Source: Podarcis gaigeae
Taxonomy: Eukaryota
Length of the DNA: 64,000 bases
Reading direction: 5' to 3' (one strand)
NCBI GenBank assembly: GCA_964106915.2
Contig: OZ066917.1
Shown: piece by piece, positions 36,601 to 49,676 of the stretch
Layout of the letters: the number at the start of each line of letters is the position of its first letter
Numbering within the stretch: position 1 is the stretch's first letter
Translations under genes and position numbers: made by a program
The notes under the pieces: model-generated
The model's database searches: none
What the model saw: only the letters and a program-made list of their open reading frames with translations
What the model was told of the DNA's origin: nothing

Positions 36601-39600
36601 CTAATCTTACCTATCCTGAGTCTTTGGGATAACGTAGATTATAAATCAAATAAAGAAAATATATTTCAGTTTGCATGAAAGGTACCTGGGGTTGTACAGG
36701 TGAATAAGGACTCCCAGATTCTCCACTTAGAAGAGTTTCACTGTTCATTTTCGTTTTCAGACAGGCAATATAGCGACTACAGAAATCCTTACAGAGCTCA
36801 TTAACTTTTTCTAGCTCAAGCAGATGAATTCGTAGAACCTGAATTGCCTTTACCATCTAAAAGAGGGAAAAGAGAAAGAATTCAGAGACAAGTAAAAAAC
36901 TAATGAAAACAAACATTTGCATATGTCATTTAGAGTGTGCTAAGTTGTTCAATATATGTTTGAGCTACTTTTTTTGCTTATTTTCAACAGGGCGGTTTAT
37001 AATTATTGTTGCTTTCTCCTACCCAGATATTGTCTCAATGTAGGAAACTACACTGTTAATTGCTTCCACAAAACTGGGGACTGCCCACAGCATGTATAGG
37101 CTATATACCGTATTTTTCGCCCTATAAGACGCACTTTTCCCCCTCCAAAAATGAAGGGGAAATGTGTGTGCGTCCTATGGGGCGAATGCAGGCTTTCCCT
37201 GAAGCCTGGAGAGCGAGGGGTGTCGGTGCGCACCGACCCCTCTCGCTCTCCAGGCTTCAGGAGGCTATCCACTAGCCGTGGGAGACCCAGCTCTCCCAAG
37301 GCTAGCGGAGACCTTGCCGGCACCCAGAAGCTTGGGGCGTGCTGAGCTCCGCTCGCCCCAAGCTTCGGGATTAGCGCAGCGCTCCCCTAGCCGTGGAAGA
37401 GCCGCGCGGCTCTCCCAGGGCTAGCGGAGACCTTGCCGGCACCCAGAATCTTGGGGCGCGCTGAGCTCAGCACGCCCCAAGCTTCGGGATTAGCGCAGCG
37501 CTCCGCTAGCCGTGGGAGAGCCGCGCGGCTCTCCCAGGGCTAGCGGAGACCTTGCCGGCACCCAGAAGCTTGGGTCGTGCTGAGCTCCGCACGCCCCAAG
37601 CTTCGGGATTAGCGCAGCGCTCTGCTAGCCTTGGGACAGCCGCGCGGCTCTCCCACATCTAGCAGAGACCTTGCAAGCACCCAGAAGCTTGGGGCGCGCT
37701 GAGCTCCGCGCGCCCCAAGCTTTGGGATTAGTGTAGCGCTCCGCTAGCCCTGGGAGAGCCGTGCGGCTCTCCCAGGGCTAGCGGAGACCTTGTCGGCACC
37801 CAGAAGCTTGGGGCGCACTGAGCTCCGCGAGCCCCAAGCTTTGGGATTAGCGCAGCGCTCCGCTAGCCCTGGGAGAGCCGCGCAGCTCTCCCAGGGCTAG
37901 CGGAGACCTTGCAAGCACCCAGAAGCTTGGGGTGCACTGAGCTCCGCGCGCCCCAAGCTTTGGGATTAGCGCAGCGCTTCGCTAGCCGTGGGAAAGCCAT
38001 GCGGCTCTCCCACAGGTAGCGGAGACCTTGCCAGCCGCGCGGCTCTCCCAGGGCTAGCGGAGACCTTGCCAGCACCCAGAAGCTTGGGACGCGCTGAGCT
38101 CAGCACGCCCCAAGCTTCGGGCTTAGCGCAGCGCAGCGCACCTGGGGGGGGGGGGGAATAAAATTTTTTCCCTTTATTTCCCCCCCAAAAAACTAGGTGC
38201 GTCCTATGGGCCGGTGCGTCCTATGGGGCGAAAAATACGGTAAATGCATTTTTCGACACAGATCTGATTTGTGCAGATTATCATGTATGATGCAGCCCTC
38301 CTATTTAGCGCATTTTTTTCCATTTTTCTTGTACAAGGCTACAAGTTTTATAATGAACAACATGCAGAGATTTTCACATGCCCAACTTCCATATGATAAG
38401 TAGTTGAGCTGATCAGAAATAGCAATATGCATTATCTTCAAGTGTCAACTCAAGTACAATCAGATGTGCATTTGGCACAAAGCCAGCCACTCAATTTATT
38501 TTACTTGTTAAGAAAATGCAGCCTCAGAGTGGCTTACATTTACGGAATAAAAATACAATAATTAAAACATAAAATTACAAGATGATGCAATCTACAATCA
38601 GTGGCAGACAAAAAAGTGGGAAATAATCAGGAGTAATCAACACTAAAAGCATAAAAGGCATAAAAGAATAAAAGCTCTGAGTAAAAAGGAATCACAAAGA
38701 GCACAATGAAAATCCACTTGCACAACAGGACTTCTGGTTTCTCATCTTTATCCACTGCAGCTGCCCACGCGCCCCAAGAATCTGAAGCGGATTTTGAGGC
38801 TGTGTGGAAGGATAGGGGAAAGTAGAAGCCAGGGGTGTAGCTAGCTGCTCTGGCACCCGGAGCGGTGGTGGATCGACCCAGGGGAGCGGGGGGGGGGGTC
38901 GATCTGCCCAGGGGGGCGGCGCAGCGAGCTGCCCACGGAGTCCATCTGGCGGACACAAGCCCCACACTGCCATTTTAGGCAGTGTGCAGCTCCGAGCCAC
39001 CATGTCACTCCCAGGAGAGACGCGTGGCCTGGGCACGCTGCAGGCCAGGCCCCGTGGAAAGTGCTGCTCCCCCCCCCCCCGTGGTGTGCCATTTTATCAC
39101 CCCCTCAGGAATGACACCCAGGGTGGTTCACACCCCCACTTCCTACGCCCCTGGCAGAAGCCATATTCCACAAATGGATGTTCACTCAAAGGAGAGAGTT
39201 CAATAAGCAGGCTGCATCTCTGCATGGGTTCTTCGCCTGGTCACTACCTGCCCCATATCAGATGGCAGTGGCACCAGGAGAAGGGCCTCTGGAGATAAGC
39301 TCAATATTCAGGGAGCACCTCTATTGCCAGAATCAGCAGGCACAAAATATCATGAAGTTTCCACTTATGGAACTACATGCACAGGAAAGAGCCAATCAGG
39401 GCTCTTTCAAGCAACCATATTAAATCAAATGGTTTGTTGAGATGTAAACCACAAATCCCAGCTGGGTGGGTGGGGAGAGAGGAGGAAAATGGAAAGAATT
39501 GAGGAAGTAGTGGAGGAGGACAGCAAATTAAATGCAAACTACCAAAACCCTACAAATAAGAACATCTGACTCAATGGAAAACATATTGATATGTCAAAAG

Positions 39601-42600
39601 AGTCTCATGAAGCAGACAGATTAACTGCAAACAAACAACTATCTAAAAAAAGAAGCTACCCAAGTTGATAATGTGCTATGTGATGGAGGAGCTTCTGTCA
39701 GTAATACTGACAGGGAATGTCTGCTGCTACCAAGGACTGTAAATTTCAACTTCTTTTAGTTGACATTTCACACTTCAGTTTTCTCAGTATCAATTTACTT
39801 TTTTTAAATATAAAGATTTTATAAATAAATTGAAATCTTATCTAAAATGTTTTTACTTACTAGATTATCTGTTTCTGGATCTTCACAAAAAAATGGTTTT
39901 CCTTCCTTCTCCTGCTTCCTAACAAAGTTTTCAATATCTACATCAAAACTTGCAGACGTTGTGCCTTCTGAGCCTTGTGTGGATTGTTCACATTTTTCAA
40001 ATAATAGTGCTAATAAGGGGAACAGTGGATGTCTAGGAATAGAAAGACAAGCAAATTGTAGGTCTGTGGAAATGTCTATGTGCAAGTTAGTTTGATGAAA
40101 AATTCTGAGCAATCTGGACATTGCATACATACAATCCTATTATTTTAGATTATTACATTAGTATTACATTTAATGTAATAAAGTTACATTAGCAATTACT
40201 ATGCTAGGATCGGAACTGAATATACTGTGATCTCCCTTATTTGCTCTTCTTTTTAGCATGGATCAAATACTGCAACTGTAGAGTCATTTAAATATCAATG
40301 TCATCCCACAGTTTGACATAAATGATACTGATGGGTAGCTTGAACTATTTGGTCTCACTTACATTTTTATCAAGCTTTGTTCAAATAAAGACCCTAAAAA
40401 TCCTGAAATTTAATACAATTATATGTTTTAAAATAAAAAAATAATCTAGTAGGGATGCCATTCTTTATTTTCATAGATTGTAATGATGTAGCTCTAACAG
40501 AAAGCAAGTTTAGACATATATAACTAAATACAAAGACAATAAAAAGCTTTGCCCTGAGATGCGGGTCACAATCCTGAACACTTAAGTATGTTTAACGCCA
40601 ACAGAAGTTAGCAGAACTTGCTGCACAAGCCTTCTGCACAAGGCTTCTGTCCTCAATAGGGCTTAGTCTCTTGTAAATGTATAGATTTCAGTCTTAAGCA
40701 TGAAAATATGTATTAACCATCTCACAGTAATTAGAAAACCCCAAATGTATGAACTTCTTGGCAAGTTACAATACGTTGGCTGATTTAAGCTTAGGCCTCC
40801 TCTTCTAAACTTATTCTACTTTCTGAGTCCCCCAACCTATCACCAACCTCCCCAGCTGCACTGATATGTGCAACAAACTTTGGACTAGGCACTAATTCAA
40901 TACTGGTATTAGGAAGGGAAAACAGAACAAGTTATATTTGACACCTCCTAAAACCACAAATAGGAAAACAGCATTAGTACAAAGTAGCACCTTTTCACAA
41001 GTCAATGAATGGGGGAGCAGTTGCCCCTACAAATCTAATGAGGATATTCTAGAGAACTCTAATCCCACCCATGGCTTGGCTGGTGAGGGGGGAAAGATGC
41101 ATCAGCCTCAAGATCTTATCATGTCTAGAACAGTGCATGCCCCCTTCCAAATGCTCCATGTCTCCTACACACACAAGCACCACCCCATGATTTGAGAGCC
41201 ACCCCATGACCCACTAAAGAGAATGATACACTTTACTACTAGAAACAGCTCATCTTGTGAATACTGCTACCTGTAAATAGCCTGCTTATCTGCATCCATC
41301 GGAGTCTGGGACTCTACTGGGGAAGGACTCAATCCTCCTGCATCTGCTTCCAAGCAGTTTGGATCCTGCTCAGTTTTTAATTCTGTTACTACTTGCATCT
41401 GCTGGAAAAGAAAGATGCTTTATATTGCCAACAGCATAGATTCACAACTAAATGGTTCATTTTCTAAGCAAAGAGAAAGCCAAAGGCCTAGTAAGTTGCC
41501 AGAAGGTTGGTATGACTTGGCAACCATACAAAAAGAACAAGCATTTAACAAACAACTCATTTAATCCTTGCAACATTTGGAGGCAGGAAGATAGTGGAAA
41601 GGTCACTATAAGTTTGACTCCCATTAGTAGGTTTCTTTTAGTCAATTGTCTGTTACAGAATCCTGCGTTTCATAAGCCAGCTATTTTTGGATAAAGCTAC
41701 ACATACACTGCTTCAACAAAAATCACTTTAAGAAAGCAGACCTTGAAAACATCTGCAATAGGCAAAATGTCATTTGCAAATAGAAATTATCATTAGAAAT
41801 AATTCTGTATGCTACACATTTACTTGAAAACTCAATAGAGCTCATTTCTAATTAAGAATGTTTAAGATTTCAGGCTTTATTTTGGGCACTGGAGTGCATA
41901 TAATTCTTCAGAGATATTGCAAAGAAAGGACCATTTCACAATTATTGTATGAAAAGTATATAGCTTGATTTTTAGGTGTTTCAATATTAAATGTTTCACT
42001 GTTTGTACTGTACTGAATATAAATAAGGACTTTTGTATATATGTTAAAGAGTTTGTGAAAAAAATATGAGATAGATCCAGTATATCTACTTTTTGATAGG
42101 AAGTTGCAGTTTATTATGAATTAGACTAGTTAGTAAGGGCAATAAAACAATCTAACTGTAGGACTATGGTCACAATATTTTCTTCTGTCCGTGAAATCTG
42201 GGGAGATACTAGTAACTCCTAGCTGCAGCTCTGTACCATGCCCTTGTACTGCTGTGGAAGACCTGGATAGGTTAAAGGACTACTGCTTCACAATTTGCAC
42301 AAAGTGAACATTATGTTCAAATGCTATTACCCATCTTGTAACAAGCTGAACAATTTGAAAAATTAAGAGACAGCTAAGTAAGTCGTGAAACCATTAAAAG
42401 CAATGCCAAACGAATGCAAGAAGGAGCTATTTAGGTGCTTTTTCTGGAGTTGCTGAACAACCCCAAGCATATATAAAATCAAAAGTAAACTAAGGATGGA
42501 ATCCTATGCACTCTTACCTCAACAGAACTTACAACTGAACATATATAACATATATGATTGCATTGTAATTAGTTTACAAATTTCAGGGGATAGTACAATA

Positions 42601-43451
42601 GTCACTTCCACTGTAAAATCAGAAGTACTGTATACTGTAAAAAAGCCACTCTAGAATCACCTAGAAATTTGTTTATGGCCACATGCTGTGATATTTTCCT
42701 TAAAGTCAAGTGATACAACTAAACAAGTTAAAAAAGACAACATAACCTCATCAGGTGCCTAGACGCTTCTCCCCACCCCTACCTGTTATTTATTCAACAA
42801 AATAACCACTAACAGTCAAAATACCACATAGAGAAGTACAACATTATATGGGTGACAACCCAAGCAGCTAAACAAGTTCAAGTTTGATAGCAACGTTTAG
42901 GCAGTATTTCACAAAATAATTGTTTGTGTACATGTGTGCGAGAGAGGGGGGCTCAATGACAAAACAAAATAAATCCTGGTTCAGCAAGTTTAGAGCAGAA
43001 GCTCAGTGGCTGAACACATGCACTGCATGCAGAAGATCCCAGCACTGCCAGTTAAAAGCATCAGGTAACAAGTGATGGGAGCTATCTTTGTCCGACACCC
43101 TGGAGAGTTGTCTCAGTCATAACAGGCTGTACTGGGCCTATTCTGACATGCTCTGTGGTTTGCTCTCCCCAGGAACAGATGCCCAGAGTCTTCCTCATTA
43201 ATCTTTAGGCACCATGCTAAGTCCTTTTTCTTTATCCAGGTCTTTGGTTAATTAATGTTACCTCCTATGGTGATGCTTAGCTTTGAGTGGGATAGGTAGG
43301 ACTTGTCCTTATTAATATAATGCTAGATAAGCAATTTATGTATGCTTTGTATTGTTCATACTTTTATATTTTTTCTGGTTTTGAATTGCTTTCATGTATT
43401 TTACCTTGGCAAGTCACTTTGAGAATTTATCGTATAAAGCGACTGATAAAT

Positions 43452-43493
<42 letters not shown>

Positions 43494-43813
43494 TCAAGGA
43501 ATCAATCCTAAATAATTTTTGCTTCTGAAAATTCCGTTGTTTCCTACCTTTCTAGGATGCAGCTTAAGAGCACTAGAAAATGGGCAAAGGGCAAGCCAGT
43601 GGTGTGACTTAGATACCATATCAAAATAACAGCAGAGGAAAAGTAATATAGATCGGACAGAAATAGTTTCATGTCTTGGACACCATAATTATTTAACATA
43701 TTATTTTTACCTACTATGGTGCACTTCATATTTTTCACTTTTTTATTTAAAAATGTTCTTACTTGTTGCCCATCTTGATAGTTGTCTATAGTTAATGTCT
43801 GCGTTGCCATCAT
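29102..43813 (-). CDS. PKNOX1: Homeobox protein PKNOX1 (PREP1), TALE class, complete 436 aa, 10 coding exons
   Basis: Exons 43763-43813, 41271-41398, 39861-40032, 36686-36856, 34467-34566, 33575-33672, 33345-33473, 31183-31259, 30375-30547 and 29102-29313 sum to 1311 nt. They give MMATQTL..., the HR1/HR2 domains, the homeodomain HPYP...WFINARRR and the C-terminus ...SDSLQ*. Tail-to-tail with a CBS-family gene, as at the human locus. Confidence 0.98.
30375..30547 (-). CDS. PKNOX1: PKNOX1 exon (FINARRRILQPML...ELTMSD)
   Basis: 173 bp; homeodomain helix 3. Confidence 0.97.
30627..30660 (+). repeat. (AC)n microsatellite
   Basis: Direct reading. Confidence 0.95.
31183..31259 (-). CDS. PKNOX1: PKNOX1 exon ([26 protein letters not shown])
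   Basis: 77 bp; TALE PYP loop. Confidence 0.97.
33345..33473 (-). CDS. PKNOX1: PKNOX1 exon (LQLQLNQD...KNKRGVLPKHATNVMRSWLFQHIG)
   Basis: 129 bp; start of homeodomain. Confidence 0.97.
33575..33672 (-). CDS. PKNOX1: PKNOX1 exon (GGTVYQPVTVVTPQG...IRIQNSQ)
   Basis: 98 bp; GT-AG. Confidence 0.95.
34467..34566 (-). CDS. PKNOX1: PKNOX1 exon (PIQSAITGTLSPQG...MATVA)
   Basis: 100 bp; GT-AG. Confidence 0.95.
36686..36856 (-). CDS. PKNOX1: PKNOX1 exon (MVKAIQVLRIHLLELEKV...SPVQPQ), HR2
   Basis: 171 bp; GT-AG. Confidence 0.97.
37108..38240. mobile_element. Non-autonomous Tc1/mariner (Tc2-type) element with internal tandem array
   Basis: TIRs CCGTATTTTTCGCCC.ATA.GACGCAC at both ends, TA TSD. Confidence 0.9.
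37270..38135. repeat. 119-bp GC-rich tandem array (about 7 units) built from palindromes
   Basis: CCCAGAA recurs at 37323, 37442, 37561, 37680, 37799, 37918 and then 38075 (after a partial duplication). Confidence 0.95.
38830..39153. mobile_element. hAT (Tip100-like) non-autonomous element
   Basis: CAGGGGTGTAG / CTACGCCCCTG ends; TSD GTAGAAGC/GCAGAAGC. Confidence 0.8.
39861..40032 (-). CDS. PKNOX1: PKNOX1 exon (HPLFPLLALLFEKCE...ETDNL), HR1
   Basis: 172 bp; GT-AG. Confidence 0.97.
41271..41398 (-). CDS. PKNOX1: PKNOX1 exon (MQVVTELKTEQDPNC...DKQAIYR)
   Basis: 128 bp; CAGCAG acceptor; GTAG donor. Confidence 0.95.
43453..43492 (+). repeat. (AAT)n microsatellite (LINE tail)
   Basis: Direct reading; explains the spurious poly-Ile ORF. 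Confidence 0.9.
43763..43813 (-). CDS. PKNOX1: PKNOX1 first coding exon (MMATQTLTIDNYQDGQQ); exon probably begins at 43850
   Basis: ATG at 43813; GTAAG donor. Confidence 0.95.
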
Positions 43814-44857
43814 GGTTACTTAGGGTTCTTATAAAGTCAAATCATCATACCTTAGGGGGGAAATCCAAAAAGGTTAGTATTTTTACAGTATTTTACAAAA
43901 TACATAACTGACATCTGCATGTGCAGCAGTAGAATAGGGGCAGAGGGGATCGAGAATGCAATCACATGTATTTGCTACACCAACCTAAAAGATCTCAGGA
44001 ATGTTCTCAAACCCTTTTTGACAAAAGCACTCAATCATATTTGCCAGAAAAAGTGATAAATGCAATATGGTTAAGCCACTTGATCTTGTTCTTTATTGCA
44101 ATGAAGAGTTTTACAACAAACGTGCAATTAAAATCACAAGTTAGTGGCACAAAATAAATGATCAAACTTTTATATATGAATATCATATAGTGGTTTTACT
44201 AGCAAAAATAAAAATGTCAAAAGGGAAATACGACAAAAGAATGCAAGACAATGAACAATGCAAACCCACTGTGAAAATTTTTGTTTTTCAAAATATTCCC
44301 TCTTAAGGAACATTTGATACTGGTCGCAGTCACAAGACCAGATGGCAAATACCCTGAAGTTAGATCTCTTTTTACATTTGGAGGTTATAAAGAAAGTTTA
44401 AAATCATCTAGTAGCTGCACTAAGGAACAATTATGATAATTTTAAAAACAAATGGAATCTCTCACACAGGACACACATATTTTTCGGTGGCTGCAACAAG
44501 GAATAGCAACTATAAAACTCCTGGCATTTCTCACATAGAACACATATAGCTTTCCTCATGTGTATATGCTACACAGAGGTGGTGTCTCTTTGTATGCCAA
44601 AGAGAGCATTGAGTCCAGCAAGCCAGAAATCCCAAAAGGGGCAGACTCCTCCACATCATCATTGTGGATATTACTAGGCCCCATTAAGAATTTGGTACAG
44701 TGAGCTGCTTCTTTTTTTTCATACACGTGTCGAGCAACTTTCCCTAATGTGATGCCCTACAGTGTTTCGGAGTACAGTGTTTTGGAGTACAACTGCTATC
44801 AGTCCCAGCCATCATGATCGGTGGTGAGGGATGATGAATGGGTGTTATAGTCTAAAG

Positions 44858-44993
44858 CAGGCATCCCCAAACTCGGCCCTCCAGCTGTTTTGGGATTGCA
44901 ACTCCCATCGTCCCTAGCCAACAGGACCAGTGCCCGTGGATGATGGGAACTGTAGTCCCAAAACAGCTTGAGGGCAAAGTTTGGGGATGCCTG
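44858..44993. mobile_element. Short palindromic hAT MITE
   Basis: TIRs CAGGCATCCCCAAACT; 8-bp TSD GTCTAAAG; relatives near 6895-7012, 13010-13140, 57305-57440, 59530-59708 and 63395-63525. Confidence 0.9.
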
Positions 44994-46303
44994 GTCTAAA
45001 GCATATTGCAGGAACAGGTTTGGAAAAGTTGATGCAGCACAACCTGTGTAAGCTGGGCTGCACAAAAATACAGCCTGGCATCAGTCGTTTCTCCTACTGC
45101 AGGGACACTTTTTCTCCTGCTACATATTATATCTGTGTACATTGTAAAGCTTGGTGTACAATCTGGTTCACAGAGTCCCTATGGATGAAATAAGCAGCCA
45201 GTTTAAATGTGTGAATCAGCACACAGATGCAGGCATACACAGCCCTTGAGGATATACATTGTGAAGATATATAATCTGTGCACTAAAAATGCAAAGATCA
45301 CTCACATGATGCATCAGATACTGCAGAAAACATGCAGGAGACGCAACATGGAGACTTTTTACATTAGAAGAGCATAATTTGTTCCCAAATTACTAACTGC
45401 AGCTATGCTGGGAGAAGTTTCACCTGAAGAATTTCTGATGGTCAGGTTTATCTTCCTTTGCTTATTTTCATATGCATTTTCAGCAACAAGCAGAGAAGCC
45501 TCCATTTTTCTTCCCTAGGCAAGCAAAATAGCATAGAAAGCAAGCAAAAACTTATCATTCCTTTGAAAACTCATTTCCCACCCTGCACACACACGTTCAA
45601 TGGGGATAGGAGTGGGCAACAAGCAGAATGTTGTAAAATTTGGAGCCACAAAGAGCCACAAGAAAGTCATATGGAAACAATCTACATAAAATACAGGTTG
45701 TCAACAACAAACAGCTCTTGCAACAGAGGCTCTCAAGCTTTTCAAACACCAGGAAGCTTCATTGTCCAGCACCATTGCTATCAGGCTGCTTTCATCTGTA
45801 TCCATCAACGTGCAAAACATAATCTGTGGCTCTCATGAGCTTGTTTCTCAACCTGTTGACTAAGCATGGTCCTGAAAGTTCTCAAACTTTAGAGATAGAA
45901 AGTAGCCATCAGAACTACTGTGTCTACTAGTTTTACACATATCTTATTGATGCTGTTAGCTTATTAACCAGAAAGATATGTGAAGCAAATGCTCCAGTTT
46001 TGTTTTGTTGTGGAAATGTACTTCAAACAAATCAATTTTGGGACAGATAGGGGTCTGTTTAAAAATATATATACATGCCTAAGTTCTCAGGAAGTAGCCT
46101 TTCATTTACTACCTCATACTAGAGAATGTAATGGAGACACGTAAGATCATGAGAGAAGAGATTCCCAAAGGAATTGCAATCTATTTTGTTAGTAGCTCCT
46201 CTATTTTCGGCAGTCTACCCTGGGGACGACTTTGGAAGAAATCTTGCAATCCTTAGTGTACAATTTCAAATGGTAATTTCAAAAAGTTGCTGGCTACCAT
46301 AAG

Positions 46304-46446
46304 CAATGCTTTTTTATGGGGGGACGCCGGGGTACACATACCCCTAAACATTTTGTGAATCTAAGTTTGGCCTCATTGAGAGACAGTATTTCAATGAGTA
46401 GGAAAAAGAGAGTACCCCTAAACATTTTTTTTTAAAAAAAGCACTG
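46304..46446. mobile_element. hAT-type MITE
   Basis: TSD ACCATAAG/ACCGTAAG; related to 8279-8459. Confidence 0.8.
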
Positions 46447-49096
46447 ACCGTAAGAGATTAAAACTCCTGGGCTGGTTCTAGGGTGAGGAATTTCCTCAGC
46501 TAATGAGCTGTTTTTTAATTTGCCAGCAAGGACTGGGTAACTGATTTCATATTTACTCTATAAGAGTTATGGTACTTCAATGACAATTTACTACAAGTAA
46601 CTGAAGTCTCAACTGATACATTAAACTGGTTTCATAATTACATTTTTTCCTAATTTTCTATTCACTTGGAGTTCTTTTCTGATGAGTCTCTTACCTTGAT
46701 AGCAAATAGACATGTTCACACCAAAATGATTTCCACAGTAAAAAGCTGATTGCACAAAACAACACAATACTATGGCATTCAAACACTAAATTAGGAACTT
46801 GAGCAACTCCTTACTACTAAGCATTTTGCCCCTTAACATTAGCCAATGAGACTTATAATAGATTTGACTTTTCAGTGGGGTCGTCTCTAGGATATATGAC
46901 CTGCAAAATGCACTTTAGAAAAACTGTTAAGCATTTTACCACTTTATATTTCACTAGGGGTTGCACCTCTGCTCATTCCACTTGCCCTTAGAGCATCCCC
47001 TTCCTACCCCATGCAATTACTATGATCACTTTCCACCTTCCCAAACCCATTTCTGAAGCCACTTTCCCCTTCCCTTCTGAGGTTCCCTTTTGCATCCATT
47101 TTCACCTTCATCTCCCCACTGCCTTTGTGCACCCTCTTGCACACGAACCACCACCATGATAACCTCCTGCATCTTCCTCTTCCCAGACACTTTTACCTTG
47201 CATCCCATCATGAAGTTACCACCCCCTTCTATTCTTCAAACCCTTTCATGCCCCGGCTTTAATCTTCAACAGCTTTACCATACCTCTCATTTTTTCCAAC
47301 CCCTATTGCACCTCCATTTTCACCTTCACCCCTTTCTGTCATGGTGACTGCTATTGTGCAAACTGCCTTCTTTTTTGCTCCCCACCTCATTCTGCATGCA
47401 AATCCAGGATTGTAATGCAATACTACTAATCCTGGAAATGGGGCTGCACAATGTCAGCCTTACAGTAACACAGATTATTAGATCTGCTCCCCAAATGCAA
47501 GCTTTTTGGTGATGTTGGATGTGTATGTACTCTCCTTTCACTATGCAGAGGCGTAGGTAGGGGAGCACTGGGCGCCACCCTGTGGGGGCAGCACTTACCA
47601 TGGGGCCTGCAACATACCTGAGCCACGCGTCTCTCCTGTGAGGTGACACAGTGGCTTGGGCACCTGCAATCTGACCACAAATCTTGAATGAAGAGATCAA
47701 TAATAGCAGAGTGTAGAAATTTAGATATGGGAACCAAGCTGTGCACACATTATTGCTGAATAATTTCAGATATCATAATTGGCATTCAGCTTAGCCATCT
47801 ACATATGCTTGCTGAATAAAACAGTAGCAACCCAAATTAAAATTACTTCTTTCTAAGACCTAATCTTGCAAGTCTGAATTCATCAGAACTTAAAGGTACA
47901 ATTATGCAGTTGCACACTAAAATCAAGAAATGTTTTCCATGCAGCAAGCACACAAGCAGTATTTCCATTGGGCTATTACACTGGTAGCCTAAGGATGGAA
48001 GAAGCAACACTGCACTACTTCCGGACTGGGATAGACCAATACAGTGGAAAGTCAACAGCATATTTATTCACTCAAAGGATTTATAATCCACATTTTGAAA
48101 ACATGCTCCACAGAGGAGCTCACATCTAAAAATACAAACTTGAAATGCAGCATATACACTATTTAAAATAGCAAATTTTAAATGCTAAAGAAGAAAAAAA
48201 CTTCAACAGTGATAAAACAATAAAGCTCAGTGAGACCTGTGTTAAAACAGCATTTATAACCCACTCTGTGTCATTAAAAGACAGAAAAAATGTCTTCAAG
48301 ACCTATTTAAATGACATAAGGGATAGAGTTTGCCTTCTTAGACTTTTTATCAGCCTGGTTGGTTTTGGGCGCTGAGTACCTGAGTAGGCCCTTTAATTTG
48401 GATTTCCTTGTGTGGGCAGGCTAGCATGGTTCATAGAATCAAAGAATTATAGAGTTGGAAGGGACCCTGAGGGCCATCTAGTCCAACTCCCTGCAATGCA
48501 GGAATCTCAACTAAATCACACGTGAAAGATGCTTGAAAACCTCCAAGGAAGAAGAGTCCACCAGCTCTTGTAAGAGTCTATTCCACTGTCGAATAGCTCT
48601 GTCAGAAAGTTAGAACTGATGTTTAGTTGGAATATCCTTTCTTATAACATGAATGCATTGGTTCAGGTCCTAGCCTGCAGAGCAGCAGAAAACAAGCTTG
48701 CTCCATCTTCCATGTGATAGCCCTTTCTATATATTATGTTGGAAGCTACCCAGAGTAGTTAGGGCAACCCAGTCGAATGGGTGGGGTACAAAATTATTAT
48801 TATTGAAGATCATATCTCCAACTCTACAATTCTGTGATTCCTCTCAATCTTCTCTTTACCAGGCTAAACATATCCAGTTCCCTCAACTGTTCCTCATAAA
48901 GCTTGGTTTCCAGACACTTTATCATGTTGGTTACCCTCCTCTGCACACATTCCATCTTGTAAATATCTTTCTTAAATTGTGCTGCCCAGAACTTGACACA
49001 GTACTCCAGGTGTGGTCAGGACTATTACTTATCTTGATCTGGACACTATCCTTCTGTTGATGCAGCCTAGAACAGCATTTGCTTTCTTTGCTACTA

Positions 49097-49437
49097 CAGT
49101 GGTGCCCCGCAAGACGAAAAACCCGCTAGACGAAAGGGTTTTCCGTTTTTGAAGGCGCTTCGCTAAACGAATTTCTCTATGGGGTTGCTTCGCAAGACGA
49201 AAAAATCTTGCGAGTTCCCGTGTTTTTTCCTCACTTTTTTCTGCCCTTTCCCTAAGCGCTAAGCCGCTTATCAGCTGTTCCGCTGATAAGCCGCTTCTCA
49301 GCTGATCGCTAAAAGCCGCTAGACCGCTAATAGCGCTAATCCGCTAAGCTGTCAATGGGCTTGCTTCGCAAGACAAAAAAACCGCTAGACGAAGAGAATC
49401 ACGGAACGGATTAATTTCGTCTTGCGAGGCACCACTG
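49097..49437. mobile_element. Tigger/pogo-type MITE nested in CR1
   Basis: TIRs CAGTGGTGCC.CGCAAGACGAA; TA TSD. Confidence 0.9.
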
Positions 49438-49587
49438 TATATTACACTGTTGACTCATGTTAAGTTTGTGGTCTACTGAGCCTTTTCACTTATATTACTG
49501 GTAAACCTAGTGCCTTTTCACACATATTACTGGTAATCCAGGTGGCCTCCATCTTATACTTGTGCAGCTGGTTCTTCCTACCTAAGT

Positions 49588-49676
49588 ATTCACTCACCGT
49601 TATGGAGGGAATCCCGTTTATTTTATTTTCCTCCAATATGCTTAAATTCAGCGTGTTGCCACATCTGATCTGAGAT
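49588..49676 (-). pseudogene. 28S (LSU) rRNA 5'-end retrocopy, 89 bp
   Basis: - strand ATCTCAGATCAGATGTGGCAACACGCTGAATTTAAGCATATT...GGATTCCCTCCATAACGGTGAGTGAA matches the start of vertebrate 28S; 10-bp TSD CTACCTAAGT. Confidence 0.88.

Noticed and set aside
37270-38135. CRISPR-like array of palindromic repeats
   Set aside because: No unique spacers, eukaryotic intron, enclosed by transposon TIRs; it is a tandem satellite.
49588-49676. Functional rRNA gene
   Set aside because: 89-bp decayed fragment with a TSD; no rDNA context.
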